Shown piece by piece: positions 1-12,586 of a DNA stretch of 64,000 nt. Position 1 is the stretch's first letter. Each line of letters begins with the position of its first letter. Under the pieces are notes generated by a model. That model made no database searches, was not told the DNA's origin, and was given only the letters and a program-made list of their open reading frames with translations. Made by a program: the position numbers and the translations under genes. Source of the stretch: Camelus ferus (Eukaryota); the NCBI RefSeq assembly GCF_009834535.1, contig NC_045697.1, forward strand, positions 15,564,001-15,628,000. Direction: 5' to 3'.

Positions 1-1136
1 TCCCTACATGTAAAATCCTGCAAGATTTCCGGGATCTGGATTTCAATTTAGCCCATGCCTGCGGAGAATCCTGGGTGTTCCTGCTTAACCAAGTCCTAGT
101 TTATCTTTGGATCCTCTCTTGCTACAGATAGAAGAGCTTAACTAACGCAGCTGCAACCACCTTTTCTTCCATGCTGGTGCTGTTCTAAATTCTAAGATCG
201 TGTCGGGAAAAAGCAATGAGGATCGGTCCTCAATTTTCCTTTGACTGCCATTGCCTCCGAGTGTCAAAGGGAGCCAGGGAGCTTAAAGGCTGTCACGGAC
301 ACTCTCTTTAAAAAAATAGCATGTCAAGGGCCTCAAATATCTCCTGCTTTCAGCCAATTCCTTTGGCAGCCAGCACAAGGGCTACTGTCACTTGAATTTC
401 TCTGACGGAAGCCAGGACAGGGTCAGCTAGGTTTTCTTACATCCGTGTCCTTGCACAAACATTGTTGTCCCCATGTTTCCTCTACTGGATCTGAGAGCTG
501 CTCAAGCTACAACAGCCTGTCCCAATTTTTGTTCAGTTCAAGTTAGGTTGTTTTGTGTTTTTATCACAACAAGGAAAGCAACTGGGATTTAAAAAGAAAA
601 GGATGTGCATCTCGATATTCGGCTACTTTTTCTTTTCTCTGAGAATCTCTCTGTTCTCTTTCTCAGAGTTCTGAGAATCCTTCTGCTCTGGTTCAGGAAA
701 CCAGAACTAAACACAGCAGGAAACGGGTCTGCCCTTCTTGTTTCATACCAATCACTCTGCACCGAGACAACGATCTCAATTCTTCCCGTTTTCCCTTCCA
801 TATGGTGTATAAATCCCAGATCACCACTTCATTCATGCAGCAAATATCCTTTAAGCCCTTCCAGGATCTGCAATATCTTCTAGGGATGTAAAGGTGGGTG
901 GAATATGGTTCCCTGCCTAGTCGGAGCCTCAGATGCATGAACTGGACAGCGCAGAACCAATAGCAGGTGCAATGCTGGTAGGCTGTGATTGGGAGCAGAG
1001 AATGGTAGCACCCAGCCCAGTCTGGAGAAATCAGAAAGGGCTTTCTGGAGGCAGCAACATATCAGCTGAGTCATACATGAGTAGGAGGAGAAGGGAATAA
1101 GAACAAACCCGGCAAAGGGAATGATAAGCACTAATG

Positions 1137-1364
1137 TAGGATTTCTCAATCTCAGCACCACTGACATTTTGGGACAGAGAATTATTTTCTGGTGGAGGGA
1201 GGGCTGTCCTATGCTGTGCAAGATGTTTAGCAGCAGCAAACCCAGCTTCTATTCACTAGGTGACAGTAGTGTCCCCTTTCTCAATTGTGACAATCATAAA
1301 TGTCTCCAGACATTGTCAAATTTTACCCCGGGAGAATAAAATTGCCGCTAGTTGAGAGCCACTG
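1137..1364 (-). mobile_element. MER20 (hAT-Charlie non-autonomous DNA transposon)
   Basis: Ends taggatttctcaa...ttgagagccactg are degenerate TIRs; internal aaatgtctccagacattgtcaaa matches the MER20 consensus. Confidence 0.85.
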
Positions 1365-2520
1365 CACTGGGCATGGAAGGAAGAATTCAAAGCAGGTTGA
1401 AATAGCTGGAGCATAAATCTTGAGACAGAGAGTGACTGGCGCTGGCCGTGGAGAAGTTTGCAAAAGCCAGGTCTTCAAAGGCTTTTATTCCCTTCAGCTC
1501 CAGGAAAGTAACTGAACCTAACAAGAGTGCTTCCACTTTTGAGAAATAGCAATAGCAAGACTTTTTTTCAGGGGAATGTGGCGAGCGCTGAATCAGATCC
1601 CTTCTGTAAAGAACTTAGCACAGTGCTGGTCACACATAAAAAGAGATTTGTCCCCTCTTTTCTTGCTCAGTTCCATTGTCCAGACTGGGAGTTGTGGTGG
1701 TGAACTGAAGGGCAGTCAGAGGCCGGAGTGAGCGGTGGGCAGGGCCTCCGAGGCAGGAACAATTAAGCCGCAAGCAGGGCTGTCCACCACGGAGCTGGCC
1801 GTGCTCCCACCTGGCCAACAGAGGCGTGAAGTCCTCCGGCCCCACGGCATTGCCCTCACCTACTTCTGAGCTTATCTTTCCAAACACCTGGCTCATGTGT
1901 GTTAGTCAGACACATTTCCTTGTCTAATATTGATCTCGACCCAGCAAACAGCTACAGTGTCCCTGTATAGACCAGGTCATGGAAAAGAGGGGAACAGATG
2001 ATAAGAAATAGAAATTCTGGGTTTCGGGGCCTCCAACTCAGGGCTGGGGAAACGGTACCCCCGCTCCTTCTGTCAGCAAAACCTCCCTGTCACTAAGCCA
2101 ACAAGTTGAGGTCCAGCTCAGACATCTGTTCCTCTCAGAAGCCTGTCCCGGCGGCTGCCCTGCCCCCGTCAAAGCTGTAGCTTTCCTCCTCTAAGCAACC
2201 CAGGGCACTCACATGTCCCCTCCACCAGAGCCCTCAGCACCTTGTACTGCAACGGGTTTGTTGACTGGTTTGTTCACTAGTCAACGACTTAAGTCACCTG
2301 AAGATAAGCATCTTGCATTTCTCAAATAATGACTGAATTAATGTGCCAAGATACAAAGCTCTGATAAAACTCATTTCAAGGGCTTGGTGAACGTTAAGCA
2401 AGCAGAGGTTTTAAAAATAGAGCATCCTTGCCCTCTCCACGTGCCAATGCTTGCATGTGAGTCACATCCTGGCTAGCACACAGCTTGTTTTAGTTCTTTG
2501 TCTCAGATTTTTTAACCACC

Positions 2521-3022
2521 TGTATGAGGTTTCTAGGGCTGCTGTAAGGTAACACAGAATTAAATGATCTTGGTGACTTAAATAAACAGAAATTCATTCC
2601 CTCACAGTTTTGGAGGCCAGAAGTCTAAAATTAGTCCAACAGGGCTAAAATCAAGGTGTTGGCAGGGCTGTGGACCGCCCCCCCCCCCCCATCGCCTTGC
2701 AACAAGAGGCTCTAGGGGGCTTTCTGGTCCTGACCTCTCCCAGTTTCTGGTGGTGGCCGTGGGCATTTCTGGGCTTGGAACTGCGTGACTCCAGTCTTTG
2801 CCTCCATGGTCACGCTGACCCCTTCTTTGTGCATCACTCTGCCTCTTATAAGGACACTTGTCATTGGATTTGGGGCCTGGATAATCTAGGATGATCTCTT
2901 CATCTTAAGATCCTTAACTTAATTACGTCTGCAAACACCCTCTTCCAAGCAAGGTTGCATTCCCGTGTTCCGGGGACTAGTCACAGGCATATCTTTTTGG
3001 AGGCCACAGCTCAAGCCACTAT
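2521..3022 (-). mobile_element. MaLR solo LTR (MLT1B/C-like)
   Basis: Contains ctcacagttttggaggccagaagtc, aatcaaggtgttggcagggctg, ataaggacacttgtcattggatt and ttaacttaattacgtctgcaaa. Confidence 0.8.
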
Positions 3023-3354
3023 CCCATCCTGCACCCATGATGCATCATTTAGAAAGCCCACTGGCTGTGGCCACTTCCAGCATCCTTTTAGCCTGTTGGG
3101 ATCCAGCTCCACAGAGTTAGAATTGAACAGACAGCAGACAGTTATATGCAGTTACATCACACAGCATATGCTCTTTACAAGCACTTTTCTTTCCTCGAGC
3201 ATGTTGTATCAGGAGGACTACTGGGCTCAGCGTTAAGCACGTGAGGACGGAGTCCTGGGTTTGCACCTTATAGACAAGACAGCTGCAGCTTTTTCATTTG
3301 CAAATTAAGGGCCTTCGACGAGTTCATGTTTGTTTGTTTGTTTTTAACCTTGTT

Positions 3355-3545
3355 ACCCATATCTTCATTCATTTAGTCTTCGTAAAAAGCCTACAGGATG
3401 GGAACTATTGCAATACTGATTCTTAGAAATCAGGAAACTGCAGTTTAATATATTTAAGCAATTTACCCATGATCACAAAGCAAATCAGTCTAAAGCATGG
3501 TCTGTTATTTGAACCTAGCTTTTGCTAGACTCCAAAACCTCTCCT
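3355..3545 (-). mobile_element. MIR SINE
   Basis: Reverse MIR core aggaaactgca...aagcaatttacccatgatcaca...atttgaacctag...gactccaaa. Confidence 0.65.
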
Positions 3546-3653
3546 TTCCGGGAACCATGATATCGATCTTGTCAATCTGGGACAGGAAGCTCTCTATTTT
3601 ATCCTGTGTTACTCTAATATAGGATTTCATCAGAGATTCAGACCCAAAATCCT

Positions 3654-3687
3654 ACACACACACACCCACACACACACACACACACAC
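3654..3687 (+). repeat. (CA)n microsatellite
   Basis: Seen directly, with one interruption. Confidence 0.9.
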
Positions 3688-4699
3688 TATTCATGAGAGT
3701 CTATGAATAATTAAAAGTCAGCATTGACAATGAGTAAAGTTGCTGCCAAACTGCACACATTTAAACAAATCGGTTTTCATCTGCTTGACACTAAGTGTTG
3801 ATGGCCCTGAGCAGGGGCCTGTGTCAGCATCCTTCAGAGGCTTTGCTGGTACTTGACAACTGCTTGCAGCTAAACAAACCTACTGTCAAGAAGGCTCCAT
3901 TCACTCCAAACGTTTCTGCGAAGGAAAACTCTCTTCCCCCAGATTGCCAACCCAACCTCAGCAAAGCAGGGACCCTATTATGACGATCTTCTTGCCAGGG
4001 CTGACTTTCATTCTGATTCCATGGTTTGGCAGACAAACAGCCAACTGCAGTTGAAGGCAAAAGCTGCAGTGAGCAAAGAAAGAGAACAGTAATAAACATT
4101 ATAAACTGGAAAGGGAGTCGCCCTGATCTGAGAAATGGGAATTCCCACCAAGGAACACACATTTGAAATATCTGGTCCTCTATATTGTATTTGTAAAGCG
4201 ATAATTCATCTTACCATTTTTATTAATTGCAGATTGAATACCAATAGCAAGAGTTCATCAGTATTTCCATTCAGAGTTAATGCACTTTTATCCTAAAGGC
4301 TCTAAGTTCCAGCACCAAGGTCAAATACAGTCCTAAGCCTCAACATCTCGAGGGTGAGAAAGTCAGACTTTCAGGAGTGGAAAGGGGTTGGTAAGATAAA
4401 GACATGGCAGGAAACCTGAGCACTGAGCACTCGCACCTGAGGCTCACATGTGGAAAACCACCCTATGAGGCAGAACGGATGTCATTCTGAAGAAGGACCT
4501 GCACTGATGGCTCGTGCTCTCTGCAGGGCTTCTGAACTCTCAGGAGGAAGCTTGTGACTACTCTGAGGCAAAGCTGGATTGTCACTGAGAAATGTCAGGT
4601 GACATCTTTAATTTTCTCAACAGTCTGATAAAGCCAAGGTTATGGAAACAAACTGTACATAGAACTTTTAGCTCTGACTTTGCCCAGGACCACAGGTAC

Positions 4700-5100
4700 C
4701 TCCGGAGTCACCTAGGCCAGGCGTCTAAGATCACTTAGCCTCCTGGTCACATGACCACCAATGCACCCGACACACGGCACACTCCTTCACCTCCTAACTT
4801 CTCAACGACACTTGCACTGATCACTCTTTTTAACTTATCACCACCTCACTCCCACCACGGCACATCTAATGTTCCTTACTCTCCCTCCTTTTTCTTTAAT
4901 CAATAGTAATGGTCAACTTCTAATAAATCCTATAGTTTAATTACATACTCTATTTTTTTCTACTTTCTATCTCCCCTGTTATGACATCCATAAGGTCCAA
5001 GATCTTCATTAGTTTTATTCATGATGGAATCCAAGCACCTAAAACAGTGTGTGGCACATTGTGGATTCTCAGTAAGAGATGTATTGAATGAATGAATGCA
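4700..5100 (+). mobile_element. L2 LINE 3' end
   Basis: Ends cacctaaaacagtgtgtggcacattgtgg...ctcagtaa...ttgaatgaatgaat, the L2 terminus. Confidence 0.7.
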
Positions 5101-5334
5101 AACATCAGCATAAAATATGAAACAGAATATCCTGACATAGAGAAATGGTGAATGATAGAAGAACTGTGTTCAGAAGCAGATCTTTTTTTGCTTAGGATCA
5201 AATAGTTTTTATGTATTTATTGTCACAGAAATGACTGTCACTAACTTGGGGACCAGATATATGGGGCAAGAAAAAAAAATCAGGAAAATGCTCCTCAGCA
5301 AGGCCAGGGCCACACGCTACTTTTGGAGACTACT

Positions 5335-5545
5335 TGTTTAGAGCCCAAACCTTAGAGTCAGTTTCCAAAGACTCAAGTCCTGAGTCTGCCACTTTCTTTA
5401 CCTTGTGCTTGATACCTAAACTCTCTAGGCTTCAGTCCTCCATTTATCAAATGAGGATAATAATAATATCAAAGTTAAGTAAGACAACCCATTGAGAAGC
5501 CTAGAACTCTGCCTGGTATATAGTAATCACCATTGTTATTATCAT
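5335..5545 (+). mobile_element. MIR SINE
   Basis: ctcaagtcctgagtctgccact...cttcagtcctccatttatcaaatgaggataataata...cctggtatatagtaa. Confidence 0.65.
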
Positions 5546-7194
5546 ATATTTAAACTAAATTCTAAAACCCTTCCAGTCCATCTTGACCCGATAAACTTTC
5601 AGCCAGTAGAACATCCTCACGTATATATCAACAAGTAAACCCGACAACAAACACCCACCCACGCACACAGCGATTCCCCAGAACCTTCCCAAATCAGGGC
5701 CAACTGGTTCCTGAATCTGCCACACACTGGTCTCAGTTCGTAAATCCAAGTCCTTATTGATGATCACATTCTATCATTTGCTCTCCGGCTCTCAGTGCCG
5801 CCTCGGGGAACCTGACTCAGTCAGCTCTATCAGCTCTCCCAACTTAGACCAAGCCAGTAGGACGTGCAGCCAAAGTAGTACATCAGGTACGTCAAGTCGC
5901 GAGCTGCTGGCCTTGACTCTGGCCTGACCAACCCACCTTGTGCTCCTTGGCCAAGAGGACTTGAACATCCTCGAGCTTAAAACTTGAATGTTGAATCCAC
6001 CACTTACTTTCTTTGATGTTACACAAGATCTCAACTCAGTCATTCATTCACTCGATGGGCACGGAACAATGTTTTACATGTTTATAGAATGCCAGAAAAA
6101 GACAAAAATCTAATATGCAAAGCCAAAATACACTCTGTAAATTATCCCGAAGACCTGCAATATATTCAATGACGTGCAATACATTTCCTAGCGTAGTCAA
6201 TAGAGCCTGGGTGACTGCATCTTTCTACCTGTGACTCACAGTGACAAACTATCAAAGCAAAAGGCAGACACCCTAATTCAGATCAATAGAGCTTAATGCT
6301 GCTGCAAACTTATTGAATGCCACGCTGCCGCTGCCTTTCTCGTGAAGGAAACATTGCCCAAGGAATATTAATAAATTTCCAAAATGAAAAATCTTATATA
6401 AGGCCATACTGAACTGAGACAGATATCATTCCTTTTACAACTCAGATTTCCAAATGCATAAATGGGCCAATCCATTTTAAGGAAGCTGTTCTACAGGCAG
6501 CGGCTTCAGCTCTAGCTCCCAGCATTCTCGCTCAGCGACAGTATCATTAAGGCAAGTCCGAAGAACTGAGCTCCATTCTGATCTTTGGGAAAATCCAATT
6601 TTAGAAGCACAAAAATGAATTGCTCTTGCCTTTCACCATTACCATATAGATACATATGTATATCTCCGATTTGATATGATTAAATTACAATTCCTTGCTT
6701 TGTTATTACTCCTGCTCATCTTACATTGAATTTTTCAAAGGGACTCGTTCGTTGTGAGGTGCTAGCCACGCCAGTGCTGCCGGGTGCCTGGGTCGCTTTA
6801 TGAGCGTCGTTCCTTTCGGCACCCTGATGACATACGGTTGTGTGGACAAGATTGCAGAAGCAAATGACCGAGTCTCCAGGGTTGGAGATAAAGGCATTTA
6901 ATTACAGTTTTAGTTCAGAGTCTGAATTTCTTGGGGCACATCCAAGGGTTCTACCTCAGTGTGGGCATCTATAAAATAGGTAAAGCACAACTCTTCACCT
7001 CTCTTCCCACTAGAAAATTATTACCCACATCAGTCCCTGTTCAGGAGCCCTGGCTCTGGCAAGGCCAGAATAACAGGTGGGAAGAAGAGTAACAGTGTTT
7101 AAAATATAGTTTGAGATCCGGTGGTGAAATTTGCCAAATTAAACCATCATGATTATTAAATGTGGAGAAAAAGGCAACAGAATTAAGACAAAGG

Positions 7195-7435
7195 CAATAA
7201 TGGGCACCATTCATTGAAGACGTTGCAAATTCGAGGCATCTGCAGGTGGCTTTACATACATCGTTGTAAATCCTCACTGCCATCCTGTGAAACAAGTGTT
7301 GTTGTTCCCACCTTTTCAATCCGATGAGCCAACTGAGATTTATAGTATTTATAGCTGTCAAATACTTTAACCAAGTTCCCACATATAACATGTCGCAAAG
7401 TCTGTGATTAAATCCAGCTTCACTTCTGGCTCCTA
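7195..7435 (-). mobile_element. MIR SINE
   Basis: gctttacataca...aaatcctcac...gatgagccaactgaga...actttaaccaagttcccaca. Confidence 0.55.
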
Positions 7436-7701
7436 TAAACAAGTGGTAGCCTTGCAATTGTCACGAGATTTAGAAGAATTTAGGGGGAAGAGATGGGCTT
7501 CCGTGCACCTTACAGGTACTGAACCTCTCAGATGATTAGGGATGCGTGTGTGGATGTCTGTCTATTTGTAAAACACCAATTCCCATGCTACTCTCTTCCC
7601 CTTTGTTAATCATGTCCTAAATCATGACACACCTTTAGCCATCTTTGGGCTCTTCCACAAAACATGGAGCTCGTTAATCCACTGGTCTCCAGACATTGCT
7701 C

Positions 7702-7790
7702 TTTTTTTCTTATTGAGGTATAATTGACATATAACATATTAGTTTCACATGTACCACATAATGATTCGATATTTGTATATAACGAGAAAT
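7702..7790 (-). mobile_element. L1 3' end fragment
   Basis: ttattgaggtataattgacatataacatattagtttcacatgtaccacataatgattcgatatttgtata is the reverse of an L1MA-type terminus. Confidence 0.7.
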
Positions 7791-9719
7791 GGGGGGTTAA
7801 TAATTAAATGGGGGGTGAATAGTGGGGTTACCATCTGCTGGTAACAGCTCTTGTTAAATACTCAACAGTTAGTATCACTGCCTTTCTACAGCATGGTTCT
7901 CCCAGGTGACAGCTCCTTTTATATATAGCGATGATCACTACCCTTGTACACCACAGTTCCAAAGTCTCTGTAATCATAATGCTCCAAAAGCAATGGCAAT
8001 AACCATTTTTGAGGCCCTTGTGTCCATATTTGATTTCCCAGTGCTCATTCCAGCGCTAGGCTACCTGTCATTCCTCCCAGCACGGCATCCTTTGCTGGCT
8101 CTAGTCTTCCACCCAGGCTTCTTTCTCTACCTAAAATATCTTCTCTCCATCTCTGTCTGGTGAAATTGTATTGCTTGTGTTCATTCTTCATGGCCAAGAT
8201 CAAATATCACAGCTTCTCGAAAGCTTTCTCTAAACTTTCCAGATTAAATTAATCAATCTCTTTTGTTTCTGTGAATATTTCATACTTAATAGGAACAGTT
8301 AGCATCTACTTGAGTAGAATTAGTTGTATTCATTTCCTCTGTTGTGCCTCATCCCTGGAAGCCCTGCACCTAATACAGGGCTTGGCACATAATAGAACTC
8401 AGTAAACATTCACTGAATTGCATTGACAAATGACCTCATGTTTGCAAATATTTATAGAGATTGGAAGAAGTGTGTCAATGATCATACTGGATACACTGAC
8501 AAGGATATCTTGGGAAATAAACACTGAATTAGATGTAAGTTGCAACTTCAATGTAAGGATTTTCTAGGGATACAGTTCTGAAGATCAAAGAAAAAGAAGC
8601 AAAGACAATTTAGGCTGGGCTGGGCAGGAGCAACAGTAGAGCATGAGGCAGAGACACGGAGACGCCGTGCCTGCAATGGAAAGTCAGCCTCGCATCGAGA
8701 CTCTCATCTGTAGGCTTCGGCTACGTATTTGAAGAATGCTGGGTAGTTCACAAAATGTTTATTAAAAGAAACATCTGCTGCAAAAAATATGACTCTCCTT
8801 TGATAACAAAACAAACTTGAGTCTCAGAAAACTGTTAAAGGTCACAAGCCAAGGATAAAACGACTAGTTGGAGGCTGAGCTGAAACTAGAACCTAGGTGT
8901 TTTCTTTTTTTTTTTTTTCAGTCCAACCCTGTACACTTTGCCTTAGAGCATAGACTAAGTGTCAATCAGCAACTTCCACTTGGCAGTTAGCCTCAGCTCA
9001 CTCCTCTCCTTCATCATCCATTTTTATCCCTTCTTCCAATTCCCTTCACTTTTCTCCCGGAAATCCCCGCGCAGACTCTTTGAGACTGTCACCATGAAGA
9101 AAGAGCACTGTAAACAATGCCAGGTGTTCTGTGTCACCTTAAATCATGAAACCCCGAGTCTGCAGCAGGAAAGTGACTATTGGCAGCAAATTGGTCTTTT
9201 CAGATACACCTGTTCATACAAAGAGCCGTCACTCCTGGGAGAACCATCCTAAAATATTGACTGTGCTGCTTTCAGTGTTCTCCAAGGTACTGCCATTTAA
9301 TGCACTTGAAAAAAAAAAAAAGGTCTGTTTGCTAATAGTATTTCATGTCTACTGCTCTGTAGCTTCACAAATTTCAAGTCAACAAAAGTATATTGGGCGT
9401 TTAATATGGGTCATGCCCTGTTCTGAACACTGAGGAGTCTCCGGGTTAAATGAAACGTGGTCCCAGCCATCATTGTGGCCCTAATGATAATGGATTATAA
9501 TAAAACGGAGGGTGAAGTTATGCATCACGAACTGAGCAGAACAGTGCCACTGCTAGTTTATAGTTTCCGTCAGCTCTTTCAAAGCCACTAACCTGTCCAG
9601 CCACCCTCTGTCTCTTCCTAGGCAACATTCCTTTCTATGGTGCCAAGAGAGTCCCCACTTCTCTTACTTCCTTCTGTCCTGTCTGTCCAACATTTTCACC
9701 AATCCTGATTCTTTGCTCT

Positions 9720-10260
9720 TAACCAACAGGTGCAAGTCTCTCTCATCTTCCGGTATCCAAGTCAGAAACCTAATAGTTACCCTTGACTCTTCTCTCTTCT
9801 TCCACACACAATCAGTCACAATATTTACAGATTCAAACTCCTAAAAACCTCTCACATCCACCCACACCCCCATCACAATTCCCAGCTACTGCCTCAGGTC
9901 AAGGCAGCATCCTTTCTTGTAAGGATTATTCCAGCAGCCTCACGACTAGCCCTCTCTTGCTCCATTCTCACTTCTTTCCCATCCAATGACCACCGTGCCT
10001 CCAGTGAGCTTTCTAAAATCTGAAACTAGGCATGTTGCTGATCCTGCTTAACATCTTTTCATGGCTTCCTTTTGCCTGTAGAATAAAATCAGACTTCTCT
10101 GCATAATGTATAAGACCTTCCAGATCTGCCTCCTGCCTACCTCGGCCAGCTATTCCACCTCTCGCACTTGGCATTGCAGCCTTCTTAAACTTCGGTGTCT
10201 CCTCCCACACCTCTCACATTCTTCATGTTCTCCTTCTGCTTAAAACACATCGCCCCTCCC
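9720..10260 (+). mobile_element. L2 LINE fragment
   Basis: ccaagtcagaaaccta...ccttgactcttctctctt...attattccagcagcctc...tttctaaaat...tgcctgtagaataaaatc. Confidence 0.65.
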
Positions 10261-10726
10261 ATGTTTGTTTGAGGTGCTTTATCTAAACAGATGTGATCCA
10301 TGTGTTATTCGGGGCTCTGCTTCTTTGAACATCTGTCACTAAGTCATTACACCCCCCACTCACTGTCCTTTTTGATATGGAACTCCTGTTTGTATGAAAC
10401 CTAACTTTCACGTCAGGAGGGGCTGCTTTTTGCAGATTCCAGTTGCAAAGCACAGCAGCTGCAGACAGCTCTGGGCAAAGAACAAAGACAGTCAATCACA
10501 AGTCCCTGCTTTTCGCTAAGCAAAGCCAGATGCTATCATTGTAGGTCAGCGACAGGTAAACTGCAAATAAAGTAAATTATCACACAGACCACATCAGGTA
10601 TCAAAGCCTTTACTGAGGTTGGCGTTCTTCATTCTTTAGTAGAAAACACACACCTGTTTTCCATCAGAAGGGAATAAAGACCTATCAGCTCTCTGTCTGG
10701 ATCCGAAGAAATCACACAGTCGACCT

Positions 10727-11540
10727 CCAACACCATCTTAGTTCCTGTTACACAACATAGTGATTCGATACTTCCATGTGTTTCAAAATGATCACCACCA
10801 TAAGTCTGCTTACCACTTGTCACCGTACAAAGATAACCAGACTCTGTTCCCCACACTATACATTTCACACCCATGACTCATTTGTTTTGCAGCTGGAAGT
10901 TTGTACGTCTTTCTCTCCCTCCATCTCCCTCCCCTCCGGCAACCACCTGTTTATTCTCTGTATCTATGACTCTGTATCTTGTGGTTTGTTCATTTTGCTT
11001 TCTAGATTCCACGTACACGTGAAATCATGCAGTATTTGTCTTTCTCTGTCTGACTTATCTTACTTGGCATTATACCTTCTAGGTACATCCATGTTGTCCC
11101 AAAGGGCAAGATTTCATTCTTTTTTTTTCCATGTTTTAAATTTTTATTAAACCTTTTTGATAATGTAATTAATTTTTAAGGACCATGAGTATAAAATATT
11201 TCCACTGTTCAGAGACATCTTTAGGCCAATGCAACACAGAGAAAGTGGGAGAAGAGCTACTCAGAACTTGACGTCTCTCATTGTAAGGAGAATGTAGGCA
11301 GGTCTGTAAGATTCCATTCTTTTTGATGGCCAATAGTTCACTGTGTGTGTATATATACCAGTCTCTATATAGATACCACATCTTCTCTGTCCATTCATCT
11401 ATTGATGGGCACTTAAATCGCTTCCATAACCTGGCTATTGTGAATCCTGCTGCAATGAACATAGGGGTGCATATATCTTTTCAATTAGTATTTTTGTTTT
11501 CTTCAGATAAACACCCAGGAGTGGAATTGCTGGAGCATAT
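10727..11540 (-). mobile_element. L1 (L1MA-like) ORF2 C-terminus/3' UTR fragment, interrupted at ~11125-11307
   Basis: ORF 11169..11462 begins MFIAAGFTIARLWKRFKCPSIDEW, an L1 ORF2 C-terminal motif. Typical L1 3' UTR sequence to the left. Confidence 0.85.
11125..11307 (-). pseudogene. Orphan polyadenylated retro-insertion (truncated retrocopy or orphan 3' transduction) inside the L1
   Basis: Non-L1 sequence with AATAAA (11148-11143) and a poly(A) remnant. Flanked by aagatt(t/c)cattcttttt at 11108-11124 and 11308-11324. Confidence 0.7.
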
Positions 11541-11620
11541 GTACACTTTAAACTTACATAGTGCTGTGGTTCTATTACAGCTCAATAAAACTAAAACAAA
11601 AATAAATAAAATGTAAAAAA
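11541..11620 (+). mobile_element. Short L1 3' terminus
   Basis: gtacactttaaacttacatagtgctgtg...ctcaataaaact followed by an A-rich tail. Confidence 0.6.
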
Positions 11621-11734
11621 ATTTTTTTAAATTTTCCAATCAGATGTAATCAGTCCACTGGTGGCCCCTGTCCTAAGGACAGACCCTGCTTGTCACCGAG
11701 ATGAGCCAGCAATGGTGCACAGCCTGGGCCATGG

Positions 11735-11960
11735 CCTGCGGAATCCATTTGCCTGGGCTTAAAACCACAGCTTATCCACTTACTGGCCACGTGGTGGCAC
11801 CAACATGTTCCCTGACCTCTCAGTGCCCCAGTCTGATCATCTATAAGAGATGACTAAGATAGATAATAAGATTTACCTCACAAAGTTGCTACAAAGATGA
11901 AATAACATGCAAAATTCCTGACATGTGTTAAAGGTCCAGTAAGTATTAATAGTTACATTA
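11735..11960 (+). mobile_element. MIR SINE
   Basis: gcctgggcttaaaacc...ccacttactggccacgtg...gacctctcagtgccccagtctgatcatctataa. Confidence 0.6.
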
Positions 11961-12586
11961 CTGTTAAATAGCAAAATCTAACAGAATCTATCAGGAGGGA
12001 AATGCTCTTATTTTACAAGTTTTGCTCCCATTTCCCCCCTTTCTTAAAATTTACCTCTACCTGTTGGTTTTCGTTTGTTTATTTTTTACTAATGGTTGTT
12101 CTTTCGATAGCATGGTAGAGCTTTGTTTGGGACCTTGGTTGAAAAGGGCTTTGAAACCATGCAGTCAATTTTACCACTGAGATCTTTTTAAAAATCTCAA
12201 TATTTATTTAATGGTTTTAATTTCAAGAGGAAGATCTCAGGTCCCTGACTGTATGCTTCAGGAAAAGACCCAAGATTCAGCTTGCTCCTTGTGGGGAGGT
12301 GACTTGTCAAGACTGCACCAATGTTTCACACCATCACTCTGGGCACTCAGGTGCAGGGGACTGTCTTTCTGAAGATTAACGTGGCCCAGCCTGTGAATAA
12401 AGGAAAATGCCTAGTACTTGTCAGAGGAAGAAACCAGCAGGAACTTATCTTGGCAATGACTTTAAAAACTTCACCATGGCCCTTAGTACCTAAAGGAAAA
12501 TTCTAAGTTCATCAAAACTGCACAAGATATTCCAAAGTAAGAGGAAAAAACTATTTTGATGTCTGGTCACTTCAAAAAAAGCAAGA

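Noticed and set aside
1..940. Possible processed pseudogene or exon in the unique sequence at the left edge
   Set aside because: The translations show nothing I recognise, and there is no poly(A)/TSD or convincing splice pattern.
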